64,000 bases of DNA, taken from assembly GCA_024704765.1 (NCBI GenBank), contig JAKMXF010000055.1, positions 132,353 to 196,352 on the forward strand. The letters are read 5' to 3'. The notes below the pieces were generated by a model. That model was not told the DNA's origin, searched no databases, and saw only the letters and a program-made list of their open reading frames with translations. Positions 36,407-47,498 of this stretch are shown one piece after another. A program made the position numbers and the translations under genes. The stretch is from Oopsacas minuta (taxonomy: Eukaryota > Animalia > Porifera). How positions within the stretch are numbered: position 1 is the first letter of the stretch; each line of letters opens with the position of its first letter.

Positions 36407-37889
36407 TAATTATATTTATATTTATATTTACATATGAGAAACTTGAAAATTCGAAACTCTAAACAGCTACTGTGTGCATCTGTTTAGAGCAAGCCAATTC
36501 AGCAAAACAACAATATATTTACATATCAACCGACAAACAAACAGACAACACAACAATTGAAATATAATAATATTGATGTTGTTTACAATACCATATTCGG
36601 ACTAAGCATACTCTATTACCCCAGTATAGTCGTGAAAGTATGGTTCTATCTCAATTTTGAAATTTGTTTATTTTATGTACCTGGAAGTAAACAAATATTC
36701 ACAAAAAAGCTGCTAGTGTTCTATAGCCAGTTTATACACCTTGTAGTTAGAATACATTAAGTAAATGATGAAATAATGACAATACTGACAATATTAGTGC
36801 CGTATGCAAATCAGATGCGGGCAGTGGAGCTGCAACATGTATCCAACTAACAGTCGCATAAAGTAAACAAATTGTTAAAATATTAATTTATTAATAACCT
36901 TGCAATTGTATACTTTACAAATTTTCAGACACGAAAGGCCGAGTCCCATGCGAACACTTTGTGTCCGCAAGCCGCGCAGCGCGAGCAAGCGAAAATGCTC
37001 TCATATATATTTATCCATAAATATATCTAGATTAATTGAGTTTGAATAGTATAAATAGAAAACCTGATTTAACAGGTTCGTCTGGAAGAGTAATTATTCG
37101 TTTACCTAAGGTAATCAGAATTCATAATTGTATTAAAAACGAATGAAATTGAAGAATAAAATGCTAATTCTCCGACTTTGAACTTTCGAATGTAAATTCA
37201 AACTAAGAATAATTGTCGACTTTTGTAAAATATCTATCCTAACGATTTCCTTAAGAACAATTCAATTCGCAGGTATTTGAAACAAAATGGATGGCTAATA
37301 GGTATTCTACCTACCATATTAGTGTATTTGTGTGAATTTCGTTATGAATTATTGATAAATTTCAATTTCCCAGAGAAATTCAAGGTGTTCAAACCAGTGA
37401 GTATCACTTTGGATCTGTGAGACATTCTGGATAACTTTGAATATTAAAGGCCACTGACTACAATAAGAAGAACAAAATATTTTGTAAAAATAAATAATAT
37501 TACACTATAATATAATAGGAATGTATATAAAAGAAAATTTGAAACAAATTAGCAAACTTATCATAACATTGATGGAATTGACTGAGATAAGTTAGAATAT
37601 TGCAAACTCTTGAAAGAAGAATCCATGAATTGGGAAATTCAGGCAAAATCATGCGTAAAAGCCAAGAGTTAGAGAACTTCGTTGATAGCTGAGTACGGGA
37701 GAAATTAATTACTTGATTTACTATTTCAGAGTTTCATTATGTAATATAGTTGAAAGTTACTTACATATATGACGATATTTAGAATGAAAACAAGATACAC
37801 AACAATCTTGTGTACAAGACTTCTCTCTCCATTATACTCTATATACACTTAAGACCAACAAATGTTCAGAGATATCTTTAGTAGAGTAA

Positions 37890-38290
37890 AATAGATATAG
37901 TGGTCATGAGAAATTAAGCTTCTTGGAAGGGACACTTCTCCTTCATTATTGTCACCAAATTTGAATAAATATTTAGCAGTATTGTCAATACTTTAACATA
38001 GTCATAAGAGAATCTGCTATACAAAGATTTCCAGCTGTGTTATCAACCGTAACGCAGAGAGGCCAGGAAAGTTCATCATTTCCATTTCCGAACTTATAAA
38101 CACTCACCAGAGGTTGTGTGACTTGTATATTGCTTGTCTATTCAATTCCAGTTCTTATCTTCAACAGTTTCTCCTTCAATCGGATTAGCTGTGGCCATTA
38201 TTGGTAAATATTTATAGGAGTATGAATTCATATAAATAGTCCCTAGACATACCTGTAATATTGCTCATGGATATTGTACTACATGAGTAG
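37890..38290 (-). pseudogene. NHL-repeat protein fragment
   Basis: Manual translation gives QPLVSVYKFGNGNDELSWPLCVTVDNTAGNLCIAD and, in another frame, AKYLFKFGD. Confidence 0.55.
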
Positions 38291-39504
38291 TGAATAATAG
38301 TCGATGATAATTTTAAGACAGTTACATGTAAAGTACGTATATTAGCCAAATTGTTATAACTGTTGCTTATTTGGTATTTGCCCTAATGTATAGTAAACAT
38401 GTTACAAGGAAGTGGTAGCAGGGTGATCAAATGTCATTCTCTTGGAAGGTTAGTATAGTATACCCTCGCTAATCCGAACTGCACTGTTCCAATAGTAAAT
38501 AATTCGTACGGATTAGCGAAATGCATTAAAACAAATCTATAGGCTTTAAGAGTACATGGTTTTGGAACTTGTACAGTTAAAAAGACTTTGTAGTGTGTAA
38601 TATAGCACAATTAGGGTTATCAATGATTCTGCAACTTCTTAGATCCGGTTCTCGGCTCTCCTGCGACACAATACACGTGTAATACCCCGTGTATTATGAC
38701 TCTAATTAATACAAAATTGCGATTTAGTAATTTTCATCTAATATATCCCATTTTTACCAATTTCACTATCCATTACTGCGAGTCATGGCCTAAGGAAATA
38801 CGTCTGTACATGCTCCGAATCATAGTAAAGATAAGAGTCCAGTTACTATCATGAAACTTATAAAATTGGATCCTTTTGAAGTGACCTTTAGAAAGACTAA
38901 TGAATCAAGTGGCGAGTCGCGCATATAATCGATATAAACTTGTTATTACATAATCCAGCTGCAAACATTGATACATAGCTGTTATTCATGCAATCGTGAT
39001 GAGAGAATTCTATCTTTACACACTAACATAATTCTATTTTAATTAGTGCCGCTCCTATAGGGAGATGCTCAATAATGGCATAGACGATGTGCGACGTCCG
39101 TACTTCCGTCAATCCGTCCGCGCGAAATCTAGCAATCCAATTAACATGAAAATTGGAATACATACACATTTTGGGTCGAAGATTTGCACCTCGGGTATGG
39201 ATTTTTTCTAAAGTGAATATTTCACACCTTTTGGTGATTAACCATTTTCACACCTTTCTATGTAAAGACGAAAGTAAGCTAGAGATTAGGTTTCAATATG
39301 TTGTCAGGGGAAATTGGCTGGTACTGTGGTAGAGTCCGATTTTGAGATCTTCAGAGTTTGAAAGTTACAAATTCACAGATTTATTATATGAATGATCAAA
39401 TTTTCACACCTTTGTGCATATTATTCAAAATCATACTAGAGAATCCCTTTCAACTCCAAATCAGGGGTAATCGGGATGTAGATTACAAATTGGACAATTT
39501 CAAA

Positions 39505-39754
39505 CAGTGGCGTCTTGCTATATGTTCCTGGAGTGCCCAGGCCCCCCCCAATATATTGTCCGAGCTCCAACATCATTACTCCAAGGGACCAGAAAATGAT
39601 AACTTTCTGTCTAATTGTAATCAAACGTTATTTCTTGCGATGGGTTTCGCTCTTGGACCTTTCTGATTGTTTGCAATGCCATACCTCATCAGAACTTGTT
39701 GCACACTAAATTGAATTTGTGGCCCCCAGATTTCAAAGCCACACGACGCCACTG
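39505..39754. mobile_element. 250-bp hAT-type MITE
   Basis: TIR CAGTGGCGTC / GACGCCACTG and perfect 8-bp TSD ATTTCAAA. Confidence 0.9.
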
Positions 39755-40118
39755 ATTTCAAATCTATATTGACATGGTTTATCTATTTTCACACCTATTT
39801 GCATTGTATTTCGTATCAACCAACAGGAATAACATTTGACAAAAATGTCCAGCCGACAGACTAGGAATGCAGCTCAAGATTATTTGTTTGTGTTCTTTTC
39901 AAGGGAAGCTAGGTCCCCCTGACCCCCTTGCATACGTATATACCGCACTGCACCAGCCCCAGATTTAGCTACTTAATTACACATCACTGACAGTTGATGA
40001 GTTACTGTAATCTTGTGAATAGATTTGAAGTCAGCACTGAAACTAGAAATAGAATTAGAATCAGGATCTGAAGTTAGAATATTTCCATCTCTGTCTATAC
40101 AGAAAAAGCGTGGACGAA

Positions 40119-40690
40119 TTATTTGCATTCCTTCTCCTCGAGATATAACAGTCTTCTGTAGAATGAGATTTTGATCAAAGATATGAAGACAAGATTATAT
40201 CTATCAACATCAATAATGTAACTGTAATCTTTGATTAGTTTCACATCACGAGGGTGATTGAGTAGATCTCTACCAAATTGGTATTTAAAGTGAAAGTCTT
40301 TGGAGAGTATCTGAACTTTATTATTGCTAAAGTCACAAATGTAAATATCTTCATTTGATTCACTGATTGACAGGCCGAAAGGATAACGGAATTCTAATTT
40401 TCCGGTTCCATATTTACCAATTTTGGAAATAAAATCACCATCTAGTTCATAATTCAGGATACAGTTCTCAGTTTGAGAAATAAGAATCCTATTTCCACAA
40501 ATAGCTAAACCTATCGACAAGGTCATTTTTCCTTCACCTTTGCTATCTCCGAATCTGAATAAATACTTAGCAGCACTGTCAAATACTTCAACACAGTTCA
40601 TTCAATTGATCTGCTATAGATACTGCCTGTTTGGTCATCCATCGTACCACCAGGTGGATAGTTAAGGTGTTCATTTTCATTTCTTCTCTT
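40119..40690 (-). pseudogene. NHL-repeat (TRIM/NHL-type beta-propeller) fragment
   Basis: VEVFD..KYLFRFG, IGKYGTGKLEFRYPFGL..IYICDFSNNKVQIL and LNHPRDVKL. Stops upstream and a frameshift downstream. Confidence 0.7.
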
Positions 40691-40701
40691 ACAAACACTC
40701 A

Positions 40702-41277
40702 CTAGAGAGGTTGTTTCTGAATGCAATTATGGAGTCCTGTATGTTCTTCAGTATTTTTGCAATCAATCAGAGGGACTATATTTGAATTCTCATCTTTGAT
40801 ATGTGTCAAGTGAATGTCTTTATTCTCTGAAAGAGATTTCAATATTAATTTTATGAATTCAACTTTTCCACTTTTTCGTATTGTTAATTGTAGCAGACTG
40901 TCCCCAATATCACCATACGGATAATTTAACTTACAGCCATACTGCATTAACGTGTTCAGAGCAGTGGTATTATCAGATTCAATACTTAAACTGAGACATG
41001 AGGAGAGACAATCAGAAATCAATGGTGCGTATTCTTGATTAAAGTCACCCTTACTCTCGATTTCTCTTAATGCATTCAGGAGATAACCAAGTACTTTAGG
41101 ATTGTGAATAGCAGATTTTAGGATAGATAGGAGTTTATTGATATCTGTAAATAGGATTTCGCTATTTTTGGTGATATAATCTATAACATCCGAATTTTGT
41201 TCGTGGATAGCATTTTGTAAAGGAGGAAGTTTGTTGTTATTGAAATGGTGTACTTGAGGTCTTTTCTCATGATCCAT
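40702..41277 (-). CDS. Ankyrin-repeat segment, same module type as the large ankyrin gene (3' exon or paralog fragment)
   Basis: LPPLQNAI, LNYPYGDIGDSLLQLTI and HTGLHNCI. It mirrors the LNYKYG..STLLHLIV module of 42516-47498. Confidence 0.6.
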   Translation of the reverse strand: MDHEKRPQVHHFNNNKLPPLQNAIHEQNSDVIDYITKNSEILFTDINKLLSILKSAIHNPKVLGYLLNALREIESKGDFNQEYAPLISDCLSSCLSLSIESDNTTALNTLMQYGCKLNYPYGDIGDSLLQLTIRKSGKVEFIKLILKSLSENKDIHLTHIKDENSNIVPLIDCKNTEEHTGLHNCIQKQPL

Positions 41278-41978
41278 CAGTAAAAGCTAAGTATGAGGCT
41301 AATTTGTAAAAAAGAGTATATGATATTTGTTAGAAGCAAATATTACTAAATTTAAGGGTTAAGGAAAGGATTTGTCGAAATTAGGTAGTACGTTAAATAT
41401 ACTAAATATTCTGAAATATTACAGTAGAGCCTCGCTAAGTCGGACAGGCTCTAAACCCTAGACATTATAAAACCTTGGGAAAATGTTAAATTTTCAGAAA
41501 GACAATTCTGCTATGATAAAACATTACACTACTATTTCACACATGTTTGCAGCCTATACAACTTTCGAAAAAATTGTACTCCAAATCTTATGAGCAATTC
41601 TCTTAATTCAAACGATTTATTTCGCAATTGGAGAAGTAATTTTCGTATTAGCGATGGTGTACACACTATACTGTACTGTACATCATTGCCATAGTGGTTA
41701 AAGTCTTGCCAGATACAACTACTTACCATCCTAGCACTACAATAATTCATTAATTTACCTATTTTAATAAATACCATATATATCACTACGCCTGTTTAGT
41801 GGCATTTATCTACCAAATAGCAATTATATACACCCCAAGTGACCAGCCAAATACTTGCCTGACCAGGATTTGTGGCCATAGCTTATTAAGAAATATATAA
41901 ATTCAAATTATTCTTGGAAATTATGCTCAGTATTCACTCTATGGAATATTGGCGTGATCTTTATCATTGAAACTATTA

Positions 41979-42162
41979 CAGTAGAGTCTCGTTAATACGA
42001 ACAGGGTTAATGCGTAACTTCAGATAAGGAGTACAAATTTGTGCACTTTATCAGTCCCCTTCGATGCCTTTACAATGTAAATTAGTTCGAATAATATCTA
42101 CTCGGGAAAGGGAGCACGAATTTTGGCAGTCCCCTGGTGTACTCATTAATGAGAGACTACTG
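41979..42162. mobile_element. Tc1/pogo-type MITE
   Basis: Imperfect TIR CAGTAGAGTCTCGTTAAT / ATTAATGAGAGACTACTG with TA on both sides. Confidence 0.65.
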
Positions 42163-42515
42163 TATCATTGAATTTCGCAATAAACCGTTGAACGGTGTAT
42201 GGCAAGCATCTGGAATGTAATAGCAGGGATCCATGTTATTATTCAGTTAAACAACTATAAGGCCACTGAAAACACTAAATTCAATAAATTTATCAAACCA
42301 GAAAAATTGAGTTCGATGCAGAGGAGCAACGTACAATGTGAAAAGGAATTGAAAGCTTAAATATTAATAAAAAGAAAAGATGTGTTAGCTACAATTAGAC
42401 AAACTGTTTGGAATTTTTAAATGCCTTGGTGAATCCCACCAAACTCTGACAATTGACAGTCACCTTTAGATGAGAATAGCTTATGCTGCTCCAGATTGAA
42501 ACAATACAAGGAAGG

Positions 42516-45500
42516 TCATTTAGTCCCAGATTTTAATGCTCCAATAAGCAACTTCATACATTCAGCATTAACACCTGTTAAACCAGCTTCATGCAGTAAA
42601 TTATTCCCTTTATCATCAGGGATATCCATACAGGAGTTAGTATCTAATAGTATTTTTAAAGCATCTACATGACAGTATTGTATAGCATAATGCATTGCAG
42701 TTCTGTAGCTATCATCTTGAGTACAAATAACCTTATTAACATTACAAGATGTACAACAAGGAACGTCTTTGTATATGGGTGGTATGCTTATGGTAGGATC
42801 CATAGTGGGCACAATAGTGTGAGGGTCTTGTTCGCGAAGAGTTGGTACGATTGTGAAAATAACTTTTTTGAAGGTATCCATACAAAAGGAATTGGAGAGG
42901 AATTTGTCTTCGGACAGTTGTATCTTATCAATGAGTGAAATATGAAGAGGGGTATAACCTCTTGTATCCTGGATATAGAGTACAGAAGGGTCAACATTTA
43001 GTAGAAGCTGTAAAGCGTTACAAGTTTGTAATGCAACAGCTAAATGTAACGGAGGGAATCCTTCATAATCTCTCAATCGAGTAATGGGATACTTTTCATG
43101 AGTACATGTAGAATTGTCATGCTTAAAAAGTTGATTCATAATATCGGTTTGAACTGAATCGTCCTTAATTCTTATAGCTAAGTGTAGTAGAGTAGGCTCA
43201 TTGTCATTTATGGGATAGAATGGAGCATTTGCCTCGAGAAGAAATTCCAATATTCTTGGCTTTTCTGTAACCACAGCTAAATGCGCAGCGGTGTGGTTTT
43301 GGGAATTTATTTGAGCCAACAAGGTTTCTTTTTCATCAGTACTATTGTATATTGCTTGTACGAAATCAAGCTGGTTACTATATATAGAATAATGGAGAGC
43401 TGTATTCTTCTCAGAGTCACACAAAAATGGATCTGCTGAATTTCTCAACATTTTCTTCAGATTTTCTTTATGCATCTTTGCAATGCATATATGTAAAGCA
43501 GTTTGTTTCTTATCATTTGATTGTTTGTTCACAAATGAAACTTCTCCAAAACTAGATGTAATACGATCTTCCTTGACTTTCTGAAACATAGATTCAAGGA
43601 AATCAACTGATACGCCTTTCTCAATAGCTAAATGTAGTAGTGTTTTACCATCAGAATACAAGTAGTTAATTTCCGTGTGTTTCAGCAGGGCAATCAATGC
43701 AAGTGGTTGAGAATTATCTAAACTTAATTCGAGGGATTTCTTGACGCATAAAGAAATTTGGATATCCTTTGAGTCTGTTGAGTTTGCATATGAAACGTCT
43801 TGTTGTTTTTGAAATTTAGGCAGATAGGATAGTAATAATTCTAAAGAATCGACATTTGTATTTTTAACAGCTGATTCTATCATAGATTTACCAGATTTAT
43901 GATAATACAATGTATCTTTAAAGAAACTATAAAATCGATTAATCACATCTTTTGTCCCATGTTTAGCAATTTCAATTGCAACCTCAGGTAGTCTTAAGTC
44001 AGCAGAAATTAGTTTATCTGTAATGACTGTATTTAGAGGGTCAGAACTCTTACATTCACTAATCACCCTAATTATATCCATATTAGATAAATTGGAGATT
44101 TCTTTAACTTCTTTCACTTTAGCAGCTTCTTTATCCTGAATGAATGAGGTGAGATCAAGAGATGGTAAATTTGCAATGACATAATATTCTTTTTTCTCGG
44201 ACAAAATTCTGAAACCTGTCCACCAATGAGAATTGTATTCTACAATTTTCAGTTTCAAATCAACAGTACCAGGACACAAACAAATTCTTCCTTGATTTTG
44301 GTAGTCAAGCTTTGCACCGTTTTCCACAAGTATTTCAGAAGCCTGAAAATTCTTACTAAAAATTGCAGATTGTAATGGTGGAAGTTTCAAGATATTTAGA
44401 CGGGCTAAGACATCGCAATGATAGATACTATTTAGATGGAGGACAGACTGTCTTTGTTTGTCTTTCTCTTTGATAGATTTTGCGAATTGTGATAGCAACT
44501 GAACTGCCCCAATACATTTGCGTACTACTGCAGTGTCTAGTGGAATTTGACCCTCATCATCTTTCAGCTCTAGAATAGCATTATTGCAGTTTCCTGGGTG
44601 TTTTAGTATAAATTCAACCATGACGTCACGTTTACCTTCACCCAATATACATATTGCATGATGGAGAATTGACTTATGTGAATTGTCCTGAGATAAAAAT
44701 TCGGAATTGTTCTCCAACAAAAGTTCACATACATTTACATTACCAGAATCTACTGCTTGATGAAGTGGTATGCATCCATCTGAATTCTTGTCATTGAATA
44801 GATATTTCAGATCTGGATATTTAAGAATATAGGCTACGATTTCTTTAGCTATCAAGAAGTTACCAGTCTTCGCAGCAAAATGCAAACTTGAATTTTTATT
44901 ACCATCACATAAAGACACCTTGGGCTCATAACTGAGGATAGTTTGTATATCATCTTCTTGTTCCTTTTCGATACAAAAATTTAGTGCTGTCATTGAATTT
45001 GAATTTTCAAAATCAATTATTCGTATTCCACTATTCGAATTTTGATTTTCTATAGCTTTAACTCTTTCGAGATATTCTGTGATAAAGTCAGTTGATTTTC
45101 TCTTTTCAACTATCAGATGCAGAAGAGTGGAATCTTTCTTATTGCCGTATTTGTAATTGAGACATGGATTAAAGGTGAGTATTTTCTTCAGAGCATCGTT
45201 CGTAGGATTATCTAAACTTAATTCGAGGGATTTCTTGACGCATAAGGAAATTTGGATATCTTTTGAGTCTGTTGGGTTTGCAGATGAAACGTCTTGTTGT
45301 TGTAGGAATTCAGGGAGATAGGATAGTAATAATTCTAAAGAATCGACATTTGTATTTTTACCAGCTGATTCTATCATAGATTTACCAGATTTATGATAAT
45401 ACAATGTATCTTTAAAGAAACTATAAAATCGATTAATCACACCTTTTGTCCCATGTTTAGCAATTTCAATTGCAACTTCAGGTAGTCTTAAGTCAGCAGA

Positions 45501-47498
45501 AATTAGTTTATCTGTAATTACTGTATTTAGAGGGTCAGAACTCTTACATTCACTAATCACCCTAATTATATCCATATTAGATAAATTGGAGATTTCTTTA
45601 ACTTCTTTCACTTTAGAAGCTTCTTTATCCTGAATGAATAAGGTGAGATCAAGAGATGGTAAATTGGCAATGACATAATATTCCTTTTTCTCGGCCAAAA
45701 TTCTGAAACCTGTCCACCAATGAGAATCGTAATCTAGAATTTTCAGTTTCAAATCACAATTTTCAGGACACAAACAAATTCTTCCTTGATTTTGGTAGTC
45801 AAGTCTTGCACCGTTTGCCACAAGTATTTCAGAAGCCTGAAAATTCTTTTTCAAAATTGCGAATTGTAATGGTGGAAGCTCCAAGTTATTCAGACGAGAT
45901 AAGAGAATAGTTAAAGACTCCTTAGAAATTTTTGATAAAATTGTTTGTAAATAGAATTGGTCTTTAACATTTACTACTGCAGTATGCAAATAGGTATTAT
46001 TCAAATCATCAACCATTTCTAAATTCGGATGAGCTGTCAGTAATTTCGTCAGTGCATGTTTGTTTTGATGTTCAATACTTAATTGTAGTGCAGTTTTCTT
46101 GTTTACATCACAGTAATTTACAACTCTATTCTCCAAAGAAATAGGATCGTTATTTTCGTACTCAATCATTTTGTCTACTAACACATCATTGATAGCTTCG
46201 CAATGATACATACTAGATAAATGGAGAACAGACTGTCTTTGATTGTCTATCTCTTTGATAGATTTTGAGAATTGTGATAGCAACTGAACTGCCCCAATAC
46301 ATCTGAGTACTACTGCAGTGTGTAGTGGAATTTGCCCTTTATCATCTTTCAGGTCTAGAATAGCATTATTGCAGTTTCTTGGGTGTTTTAGTATAAATTC
46401 GACCATTATGTCACGTTTACCTTTATCCTTTATAAATATTGCATGATGGAGAATTGACTTACGTGTGTTGTCTTGAGATAAAAATTCGGAATTGTTCTCC
46501 AACAAAAGTTCACATACATTTACATTACCAGATTCTATTGCTTGATGAAGTGGTATGCATCCATCTGAATTCTTGTCATTGAATAGATGTTTCAGATCTG
46601 AATATTTCAGAATATAAGCTACGATTTCTTTAGCTATCAAGAAGTTACCAGTCTTCGCAGCGAAATGTAAACTTGAGTTTTTATTACCATCACATAAAGA
46701 CACCTTGGGTTCATAACTGAGGATAGTTTGTATATCATCTTCTTGTTCCTTTTCGATACAAAAATTTAGTGCTGTCATTGAATTGGAATTTTCAAAATCA
46801 ATTATTCGTACTCCACTATTCGAATTTCGATTTTCTGTAGTTTTAACTCTTTCGAGATATTCTGTCAGAAAGTCAGTTGATTTTCTCTTTTCAACTATCA
46901 GATGCAATAGAGTGGAATCTTTCTTATCACCGTATTTGTAATTGAGACATGGATTAAGGGAGAGTATTTTCTTCAGAGCATCGTTCCTAGAATTATCTAA
47001 ACTAAGTTCCATAGTTTCGCATAACGCAATAGAAATATTATGTATAAAAATTTCTTCTTTGTTCGAATCATCCGATAGTTCTGATATTATTTGATAGTTA
47101 TGTTTGGCTGGAATTAATCTATCGATTAATTTCTCAAATTCTCTGTCCTTAACTCCATATCTAATCGCTTCACATAATTCTTCTATTGACGTATTTATGC
47201 TTCGGAGATAAGTTGCAACATCGACATGTCCATGTTTGGTAGCTAAATTTTTAAGCCAATTTCCTTTGTTTTCTTTACGTTTATGATCAACGAGATTTTT
47301 TTCGATCGCAACTTGAATTGGTTCTGTACATGCACACTTTACTATACTTATTACATATGCATCTGGTATTGTATCCGTGAACTCTTCAACTTCTTGGTTA
47401 CTTACTATCTTTATCTCGGTTAATTCTGGTAGAGTAGTTATAATCCATTTCGATGTATTTTTCATTTTGTAGCCAACCGATAATTCATGTAGGCTCAA
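42516..47498 (-). CDS. Giant ankyrin-repeat protein, 3' ORF (1660 aa)
   Basis: Many TPLH/SLHFAA/TALH ankyrin motifs. It overlaps the stop of the upstream ankyrin ORF by a 1-nt frame offset. Confidence 0.8.
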   Translation of the reverse strand: MSLHELSVGYKMKNTSKWIITTLPELTEIKIVSNQEVEEFTDTIPDAYVISIVKCACTEPIQVAIEKNLVDHKRKENKGNWLKNLATKHGHVDVATYLRSINTSIEELCEAIRYGVKDREFEKLIDRLIPAKHNYQIISELSDDSNKEEIFIHNISIALCETMELSLDNSRNDALKKILSLNPCLNYKYGDKKDSTLLHLIVEKRKSTDFLTEYLERVKTTENRNSNSGVRIIDFENSNSMTALNFCIEKEQEDDIQTILSYEPKVSLCDGNKNSSLHFAAKTGNFLIAKEIVAYILKYSDLKHLFNDKNSDGCIPLHQAIESGNVNVCELLLENNSEFLSQDNTRKSILHHAIFIKDKGKRDIMVEFILKHPRNCNNAILDLKDDKGQIPLHTAVVLRCIGAVQLLSQFSKSIKEIDNQRQSVLHLSSMYHCEAINDVLVDKMIEYENNDPISLENRVVNYCDVNKKTALQLSIEHQNKHALTKLLTAHPNLEMVDDLNNTYLHTAVVNVKDQFYLQTILSKISKESLTILLSRLNNLELPPLQFAILKKNFQASEILVANGARLDYQNQGRICLCPENCDLKLKILDYDSHWWTGFRILAEKKEYYVIANLPSLDLTLFIQDKEASKVKEVKEISNLSNMDIIRVISECKSSDPLNTVITDKLISADLRLPEVAIEIAKHGTKGVINRFYSFFKDTLYYHKSGKSMIESAGKNTNVDSLELLLSYLPEFLQQQDVSSANPTDSKDIQISLCVKKSLELSLDNPTNDALKKILTFNPCLNYKYGNKKDSTLLHLIVEKRKSTDFITEYLERVKAIENQNSNSGIRIIDFENSNSMTALNFCIEKEQEDDIQTILSYEPKVSLCDGNKNSSLHFAAKTGNFLIAKEIVAYILKYPDLKYLFNDKNSDGCIPLHQAVDSGNVNVCELLLENNSEFLSQDNSHKSILHHAICILGEGKRDVMVEFILKHPGNCNNAILELKDDEGQIPLDTAVVRKCIGAVQLLSQFAKSIKEKDKQRQSVLHLNSIYHCDVLARLNILKLPPLQSAIFSKNFQASEILVENGAKLDYQNQGRICLCPGTVDLKLKIVEYNSHWWTGFRILSEKKEYYVIANLPSLDLTSFIQDKEAAKVKEVKEISNLSNMDIIRVISECKSSDPLNTVITDKLISADLRLPEVAIEIAKHGTKDVINRFYSFFKDTLYYHKSGKSMIESAVKNTNVDSLELLLSYLPKFQKQQDVSYANSTDSKDIQISLCVKKSLELSLDNSQPLALIALLKHTEINYLYSDGKTLLHLAIEKGVSVDFLESMFQKVKEDRITSSFGEVSFVNKQSNDKKQTALHICIAKMHKENLKKMLRNSADPFLCDSEKNTALHYSIYSNQLDFVQAIYNSTDEKETLLAQINSQNHTAAHLAVVTEKPRILEFLLEANAPFYPINDNEPTLLHLAIRIKDDSVQTDIMNQLFKHDNSTCTHEKYPITRLRDYEGFPPLHLAVALQTCNALQLLLNVDPSVLYIQDTRGYTPLHISLIDKIQLSEDKFLSNSFCMDTFKKVIFTIVPTLREQDPHTIVPTMDPTISIPPIYKDVPCCTSCNVNKVICTQDDSYRTAMHYAIQYCHVDALKILLDTNSCMDIPDDKGNNLLHEAGLTGVNAECMKLLIGALKSGTK
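43731..47009 (-). repeat. Intragenic tandem duplication: unit A 45225-47009, unit B 43731-45224
   Basis: Protein repeats ELSLDN..ALKKIL..to..DIQISLCVKKSL with high identity. Unit B lacks about 95 codons. Confidence 0.9.

Noticed and set aside
39043-39830. Possible Helentron/HINE-like repeat (CCGT tract, repeated TTTTCACACCT) around the hAT MITE
   Set aside because: Single copy in the window and its termini could not be defined.
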